A DNA stretch of 64,000 bases from an uncultured delta proteobacterium (GCA_963745835.1 CAVUZH010000013.1:128001-192000); one strand, 5' to 3'. Shown: positions 32,014 through 42,967, counted from the first letter of the stretch. A program made the numbers and translations. The notes: generated by a model not told the origin, from the sequence alone.

Positions 32014-32086
32014 CAGGATTGAACTGAACGACGCTTCAATTTGATTTCACGCAGATTGGTTTGATGGAGAATTCAGTTCAATGCTG
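32014..32086. repeat. Complete double-palindrome element (A+B)
   Basis: GATTGAACTGA ACGACGCT TCAATTTGATT - 7 nt - GATTGGTTTGA TGGAGAAT TCAGTTCAATG. Outer CAGGATTGAACTGA/TCAGTTCAATGCTG inverted. Confidence 0.88.
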
Positions 32087-32821
32087 GCATCGCAGAACAC
32101 CGCCGCACCCGCTGATTAAGAGTTCTGCCGGCGTAATCAAGTGGCCCAAGAAGATCCAAGCAGGCCCAATGATTAGAGCGCTCCGATTGCTTGATCATTG
32201 AGTTTGTTTGGGTCTCTTGGGGGAGCAGTTCTCGGGCAAAACACGGACACTGTAAACTCTAAATGGTTCATCAATTTCGCGCGAAACCGACCGTCTTCCG
32301 CAGAGCTCTTGAATGCCTTCAAAAGCCGATCGTCACTAGAACCTAAACACGCCGTCAAAAGACAATAGAACCAAGCCCCGAGAGCTTTCTTTATTGGAAG
32401 GTCTTGGGGCTTGTTGTTTCTGCTGTACGGACAAAAGGCGGACAAGAACCGCTTTTATTAGGATTTGAAGGTTTCATGAAGCACCTCTGCAGTACAGTAA
32501 GCAGGGTACAGCTCTAGAGGAGACAACTAGCTATTATGATGATTAGCCTTCGCATCATCCTTCCGCTGATAGTGAGCTACCGAGAAAATTTCGTATTAAC
32601 TTCAGCTTCGCGTCGGTGCCAATGCGACAAAATCGGTGTAGCAGGAATAAGTCTGCGAAAAAGGATCGCCGTCTGATCCGAAAATAATAAAAGTCACGAG
32701 CGAACCCCCCCATATAGAGACTCTTGCTTCCGATAAAGATATTCCGAGTAGTTTTATTGACGTCTCCTCCTGCATTTCCCAGGAGCCCCTGGTCCATCTT
32801 GGACTTTGATTAATAAGTATA

Positions 32822-33754
32822 TTAACCCTCCTGCTCAATACTAAGTTCGAGCGTTACCTGCATCTGACTGCCGCCCCAGGTTCCTTCCGACAACGTTCGC
32901 GCGCCATCCGCCAGTTCCACGGAAGTTTCCTGTGGAAAATAGATACGCGAATTTTCAGTCAGGTGCATCCAAGGGCATCTTGTCGTGAGTGGGTACCTGT
33001 CGAAATCCATAAAGGCGATGATCAGGCTGTTTCGATCGGCCGAGTAGTAGGGGCTGAAGCTGATTCGGGATTGCGCGGAACCAGCGCAGGGAATTGGGAT
33101 TGTTTTCCATCGGACGGAAGCCGGAACTAGCACATCGGTACGCTCGTACCATAGATTCATAGTGAATCTCTCTTCCCCTTCCCAGGAATCCTCGTATACG
33201 ACATTACTGATTTTCGCTGTCACTTTCACTTTCAGGTGTCGTAAACACGGTGGCCCCATTTCATCCAACAGCTCTCGGACAGCCGAGCCGGCGGCAATTT
33301 TCAGAAGTTTTCCTCGATTAGGGTAGCGATCGAAGCGGTCTTCACGAACTTCACGCGTTATGTCACGACCCGCCAGGTTCGCTATCACTCTAATGCTCAT
33401 TTCGCCGCTTTGGTCTAGGCGAGGGGCTTCAAAGCTAACTACGAAGCGGATATTCGCTATATGAGCGAGCTCGTCGGCTGTCTGATTGATCGCGGGTTCA
33501 TCAAGCTGGGGTTTCTTAACGCAGTTCCATCCTGGCTTCGTCAGCTGATACTCGATCTTTGTGAACAACTCTTCGACGATCGGCTGACGCTCTGCGGCAG
33601 TTAGACGAAGAGCCTCTGAGTCTATTCGGATGGCGGATAACAACTGCTCTGCCGTAACAGGCCGCTCAAGAAAGATAAGAACTCCAAAGACAAGAACAAT
33701 CCGCGCGACGAATAATCTTGGCGGGCAAGAGTCGAATAAGGTTTTAATGTCCAT
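32822..33754 (-). CDS. Hypothetical exported protein
   Basis: 310-aa ORF, GGAG RBS, N-terminal hydrophobic segment. Confidence 0.65.
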   Translation of the reverse strand: MDIKTLFDSCPPRLFVARIVLVFGVLIFLERPVTAEQLLSAIRIDSEALRLTAAERQPIVEELFTKIEYQLTKPGWNCVKKPQLDEPAINQTADELAHIANIRFVVSFEAPRLDQSGEMSIRVIANLAGRDITREVREDRFDRYPNRGKLLKIAAGSAVRELLDEMGPPCLRHLKVKVTAKISNVVYEDSWEGEERFTMNLWYERTDVLVPASVRWKTIPIPCAGSAQSRISFSPYYSADRNSLIIAFMDFDRYPLTTRCPWMHLTENSRIYFPQETSVELADGARTLSEGTWGGSQMQVTLELSIEQEG

Positions 33755-33820
33755 TGTTTAACTCCCATAAAAGATTGCTTTGCCGCTGACATTTAGAGCA
33801 TCGTTTTTTCTTCTGCGTTA

Positions 33821-33854
33821 GCTGGGTGGAACAAGAAAAATTGTTCCACCCAGC
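33821..33854. terminator. Perfect 14-bp hairpin (terminator or mRNA-stabilising)
   Basis: GCTGGGTGGAACAA gaaaaa TTGTTCCACCCAGC, just downstream of the 33870 stop. Confidence 0.6.
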
Positions 33855-33869
33855 GCTCGGGTTATGGCA

Positions 33870-34622
33870 TTACTGTTCGACACGTTTGGGATCCGAACTC
33901 GTCGTCATTTCAAGAGCCAGCTTGAGCTGAGCTGACGTCCCTTTTGCATTGCGGTAATGGATTATCAGAGCTCGAGGTTGCGGAGTAATAGGGAAAAACA
34001 GAGCGCCGTCAAGAGCAGCATTGCCACCTAACCTGAGCGGTGTCGTCAAGCGTCGCCTCTTGAACTCTGCTTCGATTGCTTGGCGATCTTTTACTTCTCC
34101 GTTGTCTCCATTTTGGCCCATGATCGAGACCAATGGTCCCAGCTGGCTCAATCCTCCGAGTATCGGGATCATTCCCGCCCCAGTGCTACCTGCCATGGCT
34201 CCTGACATCGCTAGTGCGGATCCAGCGGCTGTCACTGCCGCGGCTGTCATAGGTGCCGCATAGCTTTTTGCCAGAGAATCGCTCGTTGACTCTAACTGAC
34301 TTAGCGACGCATAGTCCGATCCCAGATAGACACCTCGATGGTCAATCAGTTCAAACTTTTCGAGTGTCATGTCCGAATCCATAAGCGTTCTCAGACTCAC
34401 CTTCATCTCAATCCACTTGGCGCCCTTGACCCATGACCCTGGTCCGTCCGGCTGAACGATATAGTTTACTTTAGTCTCAAGATCCTGATTGGCTGCCTTC
34501 CAGCCCATGTCGGTCGGAGCCTCAGCCGGGGCGCTAACAAGCCGGCTGCCTGCGCACCCAACTAACATGAGTCCGGCGATAGCCAATGCTGAAGTCGTTT
34601 GCGTAGCGTGTTTGCGAAACAT
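33870..34622 (-). CDS. Hypothetical lipoprotein
   Basis: Lipobox LVGC, AAGGAG RBS, central Gly/Ala-rich hydrophobic stretch. Confidence 0.75.
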   Translation of the reverse strand: MFRKHATQTTSALAIAGLMLVGCAGSRLVSAPAEAPTDMGWKAANQDLETKVNYIVQPDGPGSWVKGAKWIEMKVSLRTLMDSDMTLEKFELIDHRGVYLGSDYASLSQLESTSDSLAKSYAAPMTAAAVTAAGSALAMSGAMAGSTGAGMIPILGGLSQLGPLVSIMGQNGDNGEVKDRQAIEAEFKRRRLTTPLRLGGNAALDGALFFPITPQPRALIIHYRNAKGTSAQLKLALEMTTSSDPKRVEQ

Positions 34623-34779
34623 TGTTGATCTCCTTTATTCTATTGTTGCTCTCACAAATTTTAGTTTGCGTCTTAACAGACACACCGCTTCCTCATCTCA
34701 TCTGTCCGCTTCACTAGCCTGTGATCACTATCAAGTTAGCTTGAATACTTTGTCGTTCATGAACTGTGCACCTGAAAGA

Positions 34780-34794
34780 GCAAACAACGTTCCA
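34780..34794 (-). promoter_or_regulatory. Putative sigma-54 -24/-12 promoter
   Basis: TGGAAC-N5-TTGC, 160 bp upstream of the lipoprotein gene. Confidence 0.45.
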
Positions 34795-35375
34795 GTGGCG
34801 CGATCAGTATTAAGTGGCGCGCTCAGTATTATTGGAGGGGCTGAACCTGAGACAAGGAAAAAAAGGCAGATGAGAATGGGACCAACTGGGTTGGTGCGGC
34901 TTTTAGAGGATTGTTAAAGATCCTTTACGCATTGAAATCGGTGGGGGCTCGAGCGACGCACTCTGGTGCATGAGGAGATCGCGCTTATCAGGGAAACTCT
35001 TTATTATCGGCCAGCGTCTATGCGGCAAAGAAAAACCTCTAACGTGTGCACATCACGTTTACTCATTCTTTACTGTATCTATTGGATGCGACGCTTGTCA
35101 CCTTTGGATACAGCAATGCAACTTTGGTTGTTTAAGCACAATATACTCCCAGCGAGCGAAGCGAGGAGATTCAGTGCGTATTCGGGCTTAAGATTTTCGC
35201 AACGCCAAAGTCGAGATTTCCACTTGGCGACCGATCTCCGCCCTATCCCCTAACTTTTCCGCGAGGCGGCGAACGATCTTCGTTCAACCAGGTTATCTCA
35301 AACAACACTGAGCTCGTGAGAACCTGATCTGTTCGATTTCAGTGTCTGTGCGTCTGTTCGATAGGTATAAAACGC

Positions 35376-35390
35376 TGGCACAGCATTTGC
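35376..35390 (+). promoter_or_regulatory. Putative sigma-54 -24/-12 promoter
   Basis: TGGCAC-AGCAT-TTGC upstream of the DUF3574 gene. Confidence 0.6.
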
Positions 35391-35458
35391 CGGTACTAAT
35401 AGATTGTTGGCAGGCTCAATCATATTGGCGTGCGCATTTTCTTGGATCGGGAAAAACA

Positions 35459-35938
35459 GTGGAAAAGGACGTAGGTCGCAGCCTCATCGGATCAATCCTA
35501 ATCATGGCCTGTGCGGCGAGTATTCTTTCTAGTCCCCTAGAGCCCGCAGCTGTTACCCCCGTCCAACAAGGTAATGCGGTAATTCGCGGCGGATGCATAG
35601 ATAGAGACCAAGGCCAGCTGTTGGCGCGAACCGAACTCTACTTTGGACGGGGCAAACCGGATGGCTCGTCGGTGACCGATGATGAATTCCGCACCTTCCT
35701 CGATGACATCATCACGCCCCGATTTCCCAACGGATTGACGGTATTGTCTGGCGCCGGACAATACCGCGGCTCCAGTGGGATAATTCGGCGTGAACGATCT
35801 ATGTTTGTCATACTGCTCTACCCTGCCGGCGAAAAAAGCAGCAGCGCGCGCATCGACGAAATCCGAGACAGCTACAGAAAAACCTTCGCACAGGAATCGG
35901 TGCTGCGCGTCGATGACGAGTCTTGCGTAAATTTCTGA
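35459..35938 (+). CDS. DUF3574 domain protein
   Basis: RTELYFG, ITPRFPNGLTV, GQYRG, FAQESVLRVD. Start uncertain. Confidence 0.85.
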   Translation: MEKDVGRSLIGSILIMACAASILSSPLEPAAVTPVQQGNAVIRGGCIDRDQGQLLARTELYFGRGKPDGSSVTDDEFRTFLDDIITPRFPNGLTVLSGAGQYRGSSGIIRRERSMFVILLYPAGEKSSSARIDEIRDSYRKTFAQESVLRVDDESCVNF

Positions 35939-36254
35939 GCCGCCGTATAGCCCCGTTTCCTATATTCCAACATTAGCGGCCATCCCTCCAACACGACGGA
36001 AACCCGTGTGTCAGAGTGCCAACTCGACTACTGACGGAAGAAGGGATCAGGAGAAAGCGTAAGGTTGAAAACGGTCAAGCTTCGAGTACGGTGGTGGTTG
36101 AGCACACGATGAATCGAGTTTGTGTATCCAAACAGCAGCCGGGGAAGAGAACGATTGATTGGCCATCAAGTGGTCCGCTCTAAGGTGATTCGGGGCGAGC
36201 GATTTTGCACAGCTGTCCGGGAAATGCGCGAGCCGTGATTGCAAATTTCCATTC

Positions 36255-36287
36255 CAGGATTGAACTGAACGACGCTTCAGTGCGATC
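36255..36287. repeat. TGA-N8-TCA family palindrome (A-type); left end of the methyltransferase unit
   Basis: CAG GATTGAACTGA ACGACGCT TCAGTGCGATC; first 25 nt identical to 32014-32038. Confidence 0.85.
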
Positions 36288-36308
36288 TCAATTCCAAACA
36301 GCTTCGTT

Positions 36309-37244
36309 TCAGATCAGCCCCGAGATTCCTTTACCGCGATAGATCACCAGATGATCCTGCAGCTGTACCAATGGCAGGCCGCGGCTCCACAGCTCCCCAT
36401 ACACCCACTCGATCACTTCGCGCTGCTGCGCCTCGCTGAACTGGTGAACGTTCGGATGCAGTAAGATCATCCACACCACCGCCATAAAGATCTCGAAGTC
36501 TTCGACGAAGAAGTCGACCCGGCTCGACCTGCTCAATACCTGCGCGTCGGCAAAGCGCGGGTCGGCGCTCAGTTCCTCGGCGCACGCCTTGAGATCCTGA
36601 TCGTTGTGGCAGCCGAAGAACCGGTCAGCGAAATGGTTATACAGCCATGTCGTGCTCGCTGGGTCGTCGCTGCGACTTGCCATCAGCACGGCGTGGATCG
36701 CCCCGGACGGCCCTGGAGCTGGCTCGGTCGCCAGCAGGTGCTCGTAGAGATTTGCAAGCAGATCGCCCCAGGAGGTTCTGGGGCTGTAGTAGAGCGAGTG
36801 ATGGAGCGTGATCAGCGTCATGCGCCGGCCATCGAGATGCTCCCCACGGAAGCACAGCACCGACTCCGCATCGCGCAGTGCCTCGTGGTAGTTGCCGTGG
36901 ATGACCCGGACCTGGTGGGTGTTCTGTCGCTGGACGCGCTCCTCGACCACGGCCAGTGCGGCGTCTTCGATGTCGAGCAGGTAGAGCCCGCCGCGGAAGG
37001 CCGATTCCAAGATGCGGAACTGCGGCTCGTTACTGGAGCCGATCGACAGCGCTCTCAGCGGCTCATCTAGCGGCAGCGCCTTGTTAAGCGTGCGGAGTAC
37101 GCGAGCCAGGGCGCCAGCGATATCCACTTTATCGTTGCTGTAGCGCGACCAGATCTTGTCCTGCTGGTACATGTGGCTGCCCGCAGCGCGCAGACCGAGC
37201 CGAGTTCGTTCCTCGACCGACAGAACGGGCATCGCTCGAAGCAT
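36309..37244 (-). CDS. SAM-dependent methyltransferase-like protein
   Basis: ALSIGSSNEP (motif I-like), YLLDIE, ITLHHSLYY. GAGGAGG RBS. Confidence 0.7.
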   Translation of the reverse strand: MLRAMPVLSVEERTRLGLRAAGSHMYQQDKIWSRYSNDKVDIAGALARVLRTLNKALPLDEPLRALSIGSSNEPQFRILESAFRGGLYLLDIEDAALAVVEERVQRQNTHQVRVIHGNYHEALRDAESVLCFRGEHLDGRRMTLITLHHSLYYSPRTSWGDLLANLYEHLLATEPAPGPSGAIHAVLMASRSDDPASTTWLYNHFADRFFGCHNDQDLKACAEELSADPRFADAQVLSRSSRVDFFVEDFEIFMAVVWMILLHPNVHQFSEAQQREVIEWVYGELWSRGLPLVQLQDHLVIYRGKGISGLI

Positions 37245-37432
37245 GGGATTCCTCCTCTCAGAAGCTGTTTGAAATCCGGGCGTAAGATTAATTCGTTGGA
37301 GAAGGCTGAGAAGCGCGAAGCGGCTTTGTCTAGCCGTTGGTTAAGCATTGTCAACTAGTCTGGTCGGCAGTATATCCCACATCGGCGGTGGCGTATATTC
37401 AATATACCGTCACGAAACGCCCTTCTCCTCCG

Positions 37433-37507
37433 CAGGATTGAATTGATTCGACGCTTCAATGTGATGTGACGCGAAATCGCGCTGAAGGAGAATTCAGTTC
37501 GATCTCG
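37433..37507. repeat. Complete double-palindrome element (A+B)
   Basis: GATTGAATTGA TTCGACGCT TCAATGTGATG - 8 nt - AATCGCGCTGA AGGAGAAT TCAGTTCGATC. Confidence 0.85.
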
Positions 37508-37698
37508 GCGGGTAACGCATCACTCGGCCTTTATCAGCAGATCAGTCTAAAGGGTGAAGTTAAGACGACCTTCTGCGTAATATTTGATTCCTTCGAGGCA
37601 TACATTTCGATTACACTTACACCCATCACAGATCTCGCCTAACCGCCCAGCGGCTCTCCGGAAGCTTGGGCGGTCCACGCTTTATTTGCTGAATTAGA

Positions 37699-38322
37699 AT
37701 GGCGATAAAAACTCAAAGGCAGCGTAATAAAGCCAGACAAGAGCGTCGAGCGTTAGAAAAGCGCCAACGAGAGCTACGAGAGAATCGAAGATATACCATC
37801 GCCAAAATCCGAAAGCGGTTAGCTCAAATACTTTCTGGCGGAGCATTTATTTTGGGTATTTATGTTGGTGTTTTATTCCTAGTGCCAAAGTATCGCCATA
37901 TCGCCATCTGCTTCAGTAAGCTCGGACGATCCCTTTGCACTCATTTCTCATTAAGAATGAGGGCTATTCTCGCTTTAGTATTATAGTATGACTGCGCCTT
38001 ATATGATTTTAAGTTTAAGGATTCGGCATTTAAGCGTTGGGCAAGAAAGAATGTCCTTTTTTCCACAAAGCCAAAGTTAGCCACACCGAAACTAAAACCT
38101 AACGAATCGACAACAATCCTTTGCGATTTCCGTGCTTTTAGCATGCAGGCGTGTCTGTTGTTCCGATGAATGATGGGGACATGGCGATTGTTGCTTTCTT
38201 TCGTCCCCATTTCTATTTGGGCGACGAGAATACCGACAAAGGTTTACTACGACGATGAAATCGGCAAATGGAATATTGTACTGGTACCCACAGGCAGATT
38301 GAGTTTCAAACGGAGCCGTTAA
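37699..38322 (+). pseudogene. AT-rich hypothetical membrane protein, apparently fragmented
   Basis: 95-aa ORF with basic N-terminus and TM; coding-like sequence continues in other frames. Confidence 0.35.
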
Positions 38323-38756
38323 TCTAGCTCTGGCCCTCTCACGGGCGCGCTTGTCTCGGGCTTACAGGCACTGCGCGCCGAATGACGGCGCTGTTCCGTT
38401 GCGTTTGATTTTGTTCTGTCTTCGACTGCTTTTGATACAGTCCTATACACTACGATCAATAATTTTGACGGCATTGTCTTTGCCGGTGCAAAAGGCCATA
38501 TGGGGACTTAGTTGACGTTTATGGCTCAGCGGGCTATGCTTTTATTGATTTCCTATGACTACCGCCAAAGACACCCTTCTCCGGCGGGGCCCAAAGGAGG
38601 CGATTTGGCACGCATCAAACGATTAGTTATTCGTATCGTTGGGTCGAGGGCTTTTAATCTGAGGGTTGTCGGCGCTCTTGATGCTGGCGGTCCCGATGAC
38701 ATAGCTTCTCCGAAGCCGGTGCTTCATAGATTGGGAAGATAGTCCAAAACAAATTG

Positions 38757-38771
38757 TGGCATGAGAGTTGC
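38757..38771 (+). promoter_or_regulatory. Putative sigma-54 -24/-12 promoter
   Basis: TGGCAT-GAGAG-TTGC upstream of the PG-binding gene. A second match CGGCAT-N5-TTGC lies at 38469-38483. Confidence 0.5.
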
Positions 38772-39067
38772 TTAACAGCGACGCCGTTTTGAGAAGCGAT
38801 CGTTGAACCGTGTCGTTTGTTAACTCTCGATGAGACGGCTGAGTTTCTGCAGGTTTTTAAGCGAACAGTACGGCGTATGGTCGATCAGAAAGAATTTCCG
38901 GCATTTAAGGTCGGCGGACATTGGCGTGTCCGTGTAAGCGAAATCTCTGATTGGATTCAAGGACTCTCTTATATATAGATGCGAAACGCGCTCACGCCGT
39001 TGATGCTCTAAACCACCATGGAATGATCTTGAATGGTGTGCCTAGACATTCCCCAATCCGGCTGCAC

Positions 39068-40030
39068 ATGCACGCTAGTCAAACGACGATTCGTCAATAT
39101 GCCACGAGTGTATTTTTCATTCTCGGTTGCGCTCATTGTTAAGCTCACCGTTAACGGTGGCCAAATTTGATCAAATGCCCTAATCTGTTTCGTAGCAGAT
39201 ACGGGCTGCGGCTTTTGCGATCTCAGAAGACTGCCAACTAGAGACGTTGTCAGTTCCTGTCCTGGAAAACAAACAGCTTCTTCCGCAAAATATCGTTGAA
39301 ATCCATAGACCCACTGAAGATGCACCGTCGATTGTACGACCGTGTGCTTTGACGAATGATGACGTGCGCCGGCTTCAGAGAGGTTTACACGAAATTGGCT
39401 TTGAGCCAGGTACAGTAGATGGCGTCGCCGGTGCAAGAACGAAAGCGGCTTACGTTCGACTGGAGAGCGGCTGTTCGAAGTTCGGTCCACGGCTTGAAGA
39501 ATTAAACCTGCACACTGCAGAAGGCCATTTAACTGCGGGAGCTGCGGCTGGGTACAAGTTCCAAGCCGTCGGGAGACACAAGAAATTCAGGGGCAACTTC
39601 GTGAGGCTGGATTTTATCCCGGTCCAGTGGACGGGGTCTTCGGCAGCAGGATGCAATTGGCGCTGCGGAAGTTCAAAGCCGGCTGCCTCATGGCCAACGA
39701 ATTTAAAGAAATCTTACACGAAACTTCGCCGGCGATGTTTCCGGAACTGCTGATATCCGGCCAGAGAAAACCTCCATTTCCTCGTCGAAAGCAGAAGCTC
39801 ACCCGACGCGCAGCGCTCACGATCAGCAATCCTCGACTGTACAAGCGGTGCGAGCTCGCGAGCGGGTTCGCATTCTTCAGTTGCGTTTACGCGACGCGGG
39901 ATTCGATCCCGGAGAGGTTGATGGGCTCATGGGGCCGAAAACGCAATCAGCATTGGCGCAGTACGAGGCGAGTCGAGGCAGCGAAAAGACGAAGGCAAAT
40001 TTAAGGCATCAGACGGTCCGCGACTATTAG
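39068..40030 (+). pseudogene. Peptidoglycan-binding (PG_binding_1 x3) protein, frameshifted
   Basis: LQRGLHEIGFEPGTVDGVAGARTKAA, GFYPGPVDGVFGSRMQLAL, LQLRLRDAGFDPGEVDGLMGPKTQSAL in successive frames. Confidence 0.75.
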
Positions 40031-40144
40031 GCATTTGAGATTTACTAGATAGATGCGCGTTGCTTATACTCGCCGGAGGCGTTTATTTAACTACGCTGCT
40101 ATCGCCGGTCTTGAAGCCAGTTGCTTCTAAATTGAGAACAATCA

Positions 40145-41171
40145 ATGAACTGGAACCTATCTCGTTGGCAACTGGGTAACGGTTGCAACAGTTTCACCGG
40201 AGAGTCGATCCTCGCCTGCGCGCCGCCCACTTCGGGCGTCTATGGTATCTTCAACGGCGCTCGCACAATTTTCATCGGTGAGTCGGCAAATATGAGGGAG
40301 GCACTTCTATGCCACGAACAGTGTGCTCGATTTTCGCCACTTAAAACCGATGGCTTTCACTTTTGAACTTTGCGTGCCCGAATTACGCAAGCTCTGGGTG
40401 GCGGAGCTCATCACAACATTTCGTCCCTTGGCAAAATCAGAGGCAGCCTTGAGAGAACTCCGCTGGCTGTCAGATCGGCCGGCACTAAATGAACCTGACC
40501 GGGGTGGTTGGGAACTGGGAACATACACCGACCGTCCGGAATTCCCGGTGCACGAGAGTGAAGAGCGCCCGAGATTTCGTAAGCCATTACCCGTAAAACG
40601 AAACTTGGCTTTAGCGTTAGTGGAGGTGTTCGTGGTCACGACAGCGGCTTGGTTTTATTTTGGCCTGCCCGCCCAATTTGTCATTTATAAGGACATTAAT
40701 GGAGTGAATTCCGCCTTGGCCCAAACGGAGATCGCTTTGGGACCTTCTAACACACAGTTGAATGACACGGCTGGCCGATCCACGAACCAAAATGCTGGGG
40801 CGATTTCAGTAACGCCGCCCATCCCACCCTGGAATGATACGGCGCAACTTTCCGAGGTACATTCGGCCGCAACCGAAGGTGTTGTTCAATTGGAAAAAGG
40901 TCCAGGCATCGGCGCTGCGACAAGATCTGAGTTTCGGAAAGACTGGTCGGTCCAGATTTCTGCGGCACCTGCAAAAGAGATTGCCGATGGCTTAGTGCAA
41001 CAACTGAAAGCCAAAGGCTACGATGGCTATATCGTGCAAGCAACGGTAAAAGGACAAAACTACTACCGCGTGCGCGTTGGACGTTTCAACACGCGAGAAC
41101 ACGCGGAATCTATGCGTCGGTCGTTGGCGCGCCACGAAGGCTATCACGACGCATATCTCGCCTCCGATTGA
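40145..41171 (+). CDS. SPOR domain protein with GIY-YIG-like N-terminus (one frameshift near 40330)
   Basis: APPTSGVYGIF...IFIGES N-terminus, TM, C-terminal WSVQISA...YYRVRVGRF...A SPOR. Confidence 0.75.
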
Positions 41172-41479
41172 GCGACTGCAAAGCTAATTCGCGTTGTATT
41201 CGCCTCAGCGTGTCCTTTCGGTCATTCTGTCTGACCTTGACAGAACACTGCCAGCAGTGATCAAGCGCCCGTCCTAGCTACATGCTGAAACCTCATCCAC
41301 GCCTGATTTCGATAACGGAAATCGCCAATGAAAAAGCCCAGGCAAGCAGCTCGGCAGTTGAAAGCCGGCGCCCAAGGCACGTCGTCCGTGATGCGGGCAC
41401 GGACAAACCCCGCCAGGAGGAGGCAGCCTCGCTACAAGGGCTCGGCTATTCAGTCGAGGGTTAGTTCGATGGCCGGGAA

Positions 41480-41513
41480 GATTGGGTTGAAGGAGAAATC
41501 AATTCAATCCTGG
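41480..41513. repeat. TGA-N8-TCA family palindrome (B-type), degenerate A site just upstream
   Basis: GATTGGGTTGA AGGAGAAA TCAATTCAATC CTGG. Confidence 0.82.
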
Positions 41514-41680
41514 GGTTTCAGACCCTAAGAAATAATCCTCAAAAATCGTCTCTGCAAAGCAATTTTTCTGATTGCTTCTTCCGCTCTCGCTAGCATTTCC
41601 AGCGCGGAGCGGTCCATCGTATATTAATCGTGGAGATCGGATTTTATCATCTCAGTAGAGGTAACTTCGACTACAATTGC

Positions 41681-42891
41681 TCAGCGACTACCATAGGCGA
41701 TAAGACGCCGCTCGCGCTCGATTTGGTGAAGCACGGCAGGATCGTTCGCCCATAAGTGACCGTGCCCACGGTTGAACGATTGCCCGAGATCCACGCTCGC
41801 CTTTAGGTAATGCGGCAGAAATTCCTTCGCGTTCGTGCCCTCGACGTGACGGTTGTCGTAGTTCAGTTCGAAGAAAACTCCCTCATTGCTTAGGAGCTCC
41901 GATATCTTACGGGCGTAATAGCGGATCTGCACTTCGGACATCTCGGACAGCGACATCGTGTTGACGACCAGAACGACCTTGCGCCCCTTGGCGCTGAATT
42001 CCTCGAAACGGTAATTCGGCAGCCCAAAGATACCCTCTCCGGAACAGGACCGGGAACATTCCGGGTGAATCCCTCGCCACAGTTCCGGTCGGGTTACCGA
42101 GAGATACATCGCGGCGACGATCAGGGACTCGGGCAGGTCGCACGCCCAGTAGCTCGCCGTCGGCAGTATCTCCGAGAAGAAATAGGTAAATCCCCCGTAA
42201 CCGCTGCCGATCTCCAGCACGGTGACCGGCTTCCCGGAAGTGGCTCGGTTTTCCAGCCAGGGAAGCACACCAGCCTGATACAGAATCGCGATGATGTCCT
42301 GGTATGCAGTGAGGTCGCGGTTCACCACATAACCATCTACGTCCCAGCCGATCTCGCCCATGATACGCGGCACTTTGACCAAATACTTGTTCGGGATCTC
42401 TCTCGGATTTTTTTGAAAGCCGCAACACTTATGTCGGGCGGAGCGCCGCGATGCTTGGCGTCGTACTCCGCAGCGGACACGACCTCGGGCGCCGGGGGAT
42501 GCTTCCTAGGATAATCGAAGTTATAGAGGTCCCATCCCGTGAAGACCTCCATGTGGAATCGAAGCTGATCCACCTTTTCGCGAGTGGGCTTGTTCGCTAG
42601 GAACGCCCTAAACGGATTGGACGGATTGACCACGTCCTTCCACCCCTGGCCTGGAAGGAACGTCGCTTCGTCGAGTCCATTGGATTTCATATATGTCGCA
42701 CGCTCTTCGTCCGCCTTCTTTCCCTGGACCCAGGCGGCCGTGGCTCGCTCGTATTCGGCGTCCGTCAAAGGTCGTTGCTGCTGCAACAGAACGATATCAT
42801 GGGCGGGTTTGTTGCAGCCGAGAAAAAGGAACAGCGCCAGAGCGAGAACCGTCCGTGTTGCCGTACCAGTAGCTTGGGGCCGTGTACGCAT
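41681..42891 (-). CDS. Putative sugar O-methyltransferase with lipoprotein-type leader (one frameshift near 42395)
   Basis: VLEIGSGYGGF, CDLPESL, VVNTMSLSEMSEVQI. Upstream frame has lipobox FLGC. Confidence 0.75.
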
Positions 42892-42967
42892 AGGCAGTTC
42901 CTTTCGAGCATCATTAATCGCGCAGAACGAAAAGATTTGTCAAATACGCTGTGCTAGTGCACCCTAA

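Noticed and set aside
32017-32083. Palindromes as FNR/CRP boxes or canonical XerCD dif sites
   Set aside because: Spacing is TGA-N8-TCA, not TTGAT-N4-ATCAA or TGTGA-N6-TCACA. No TTATGTTAAA XerD arm. Many copies lie at gene 3' ends.
37636-37675. GCCTAAC-started hairpin as attC
   Set aside because: No GTT R' end and no upstream co-oriented gene.
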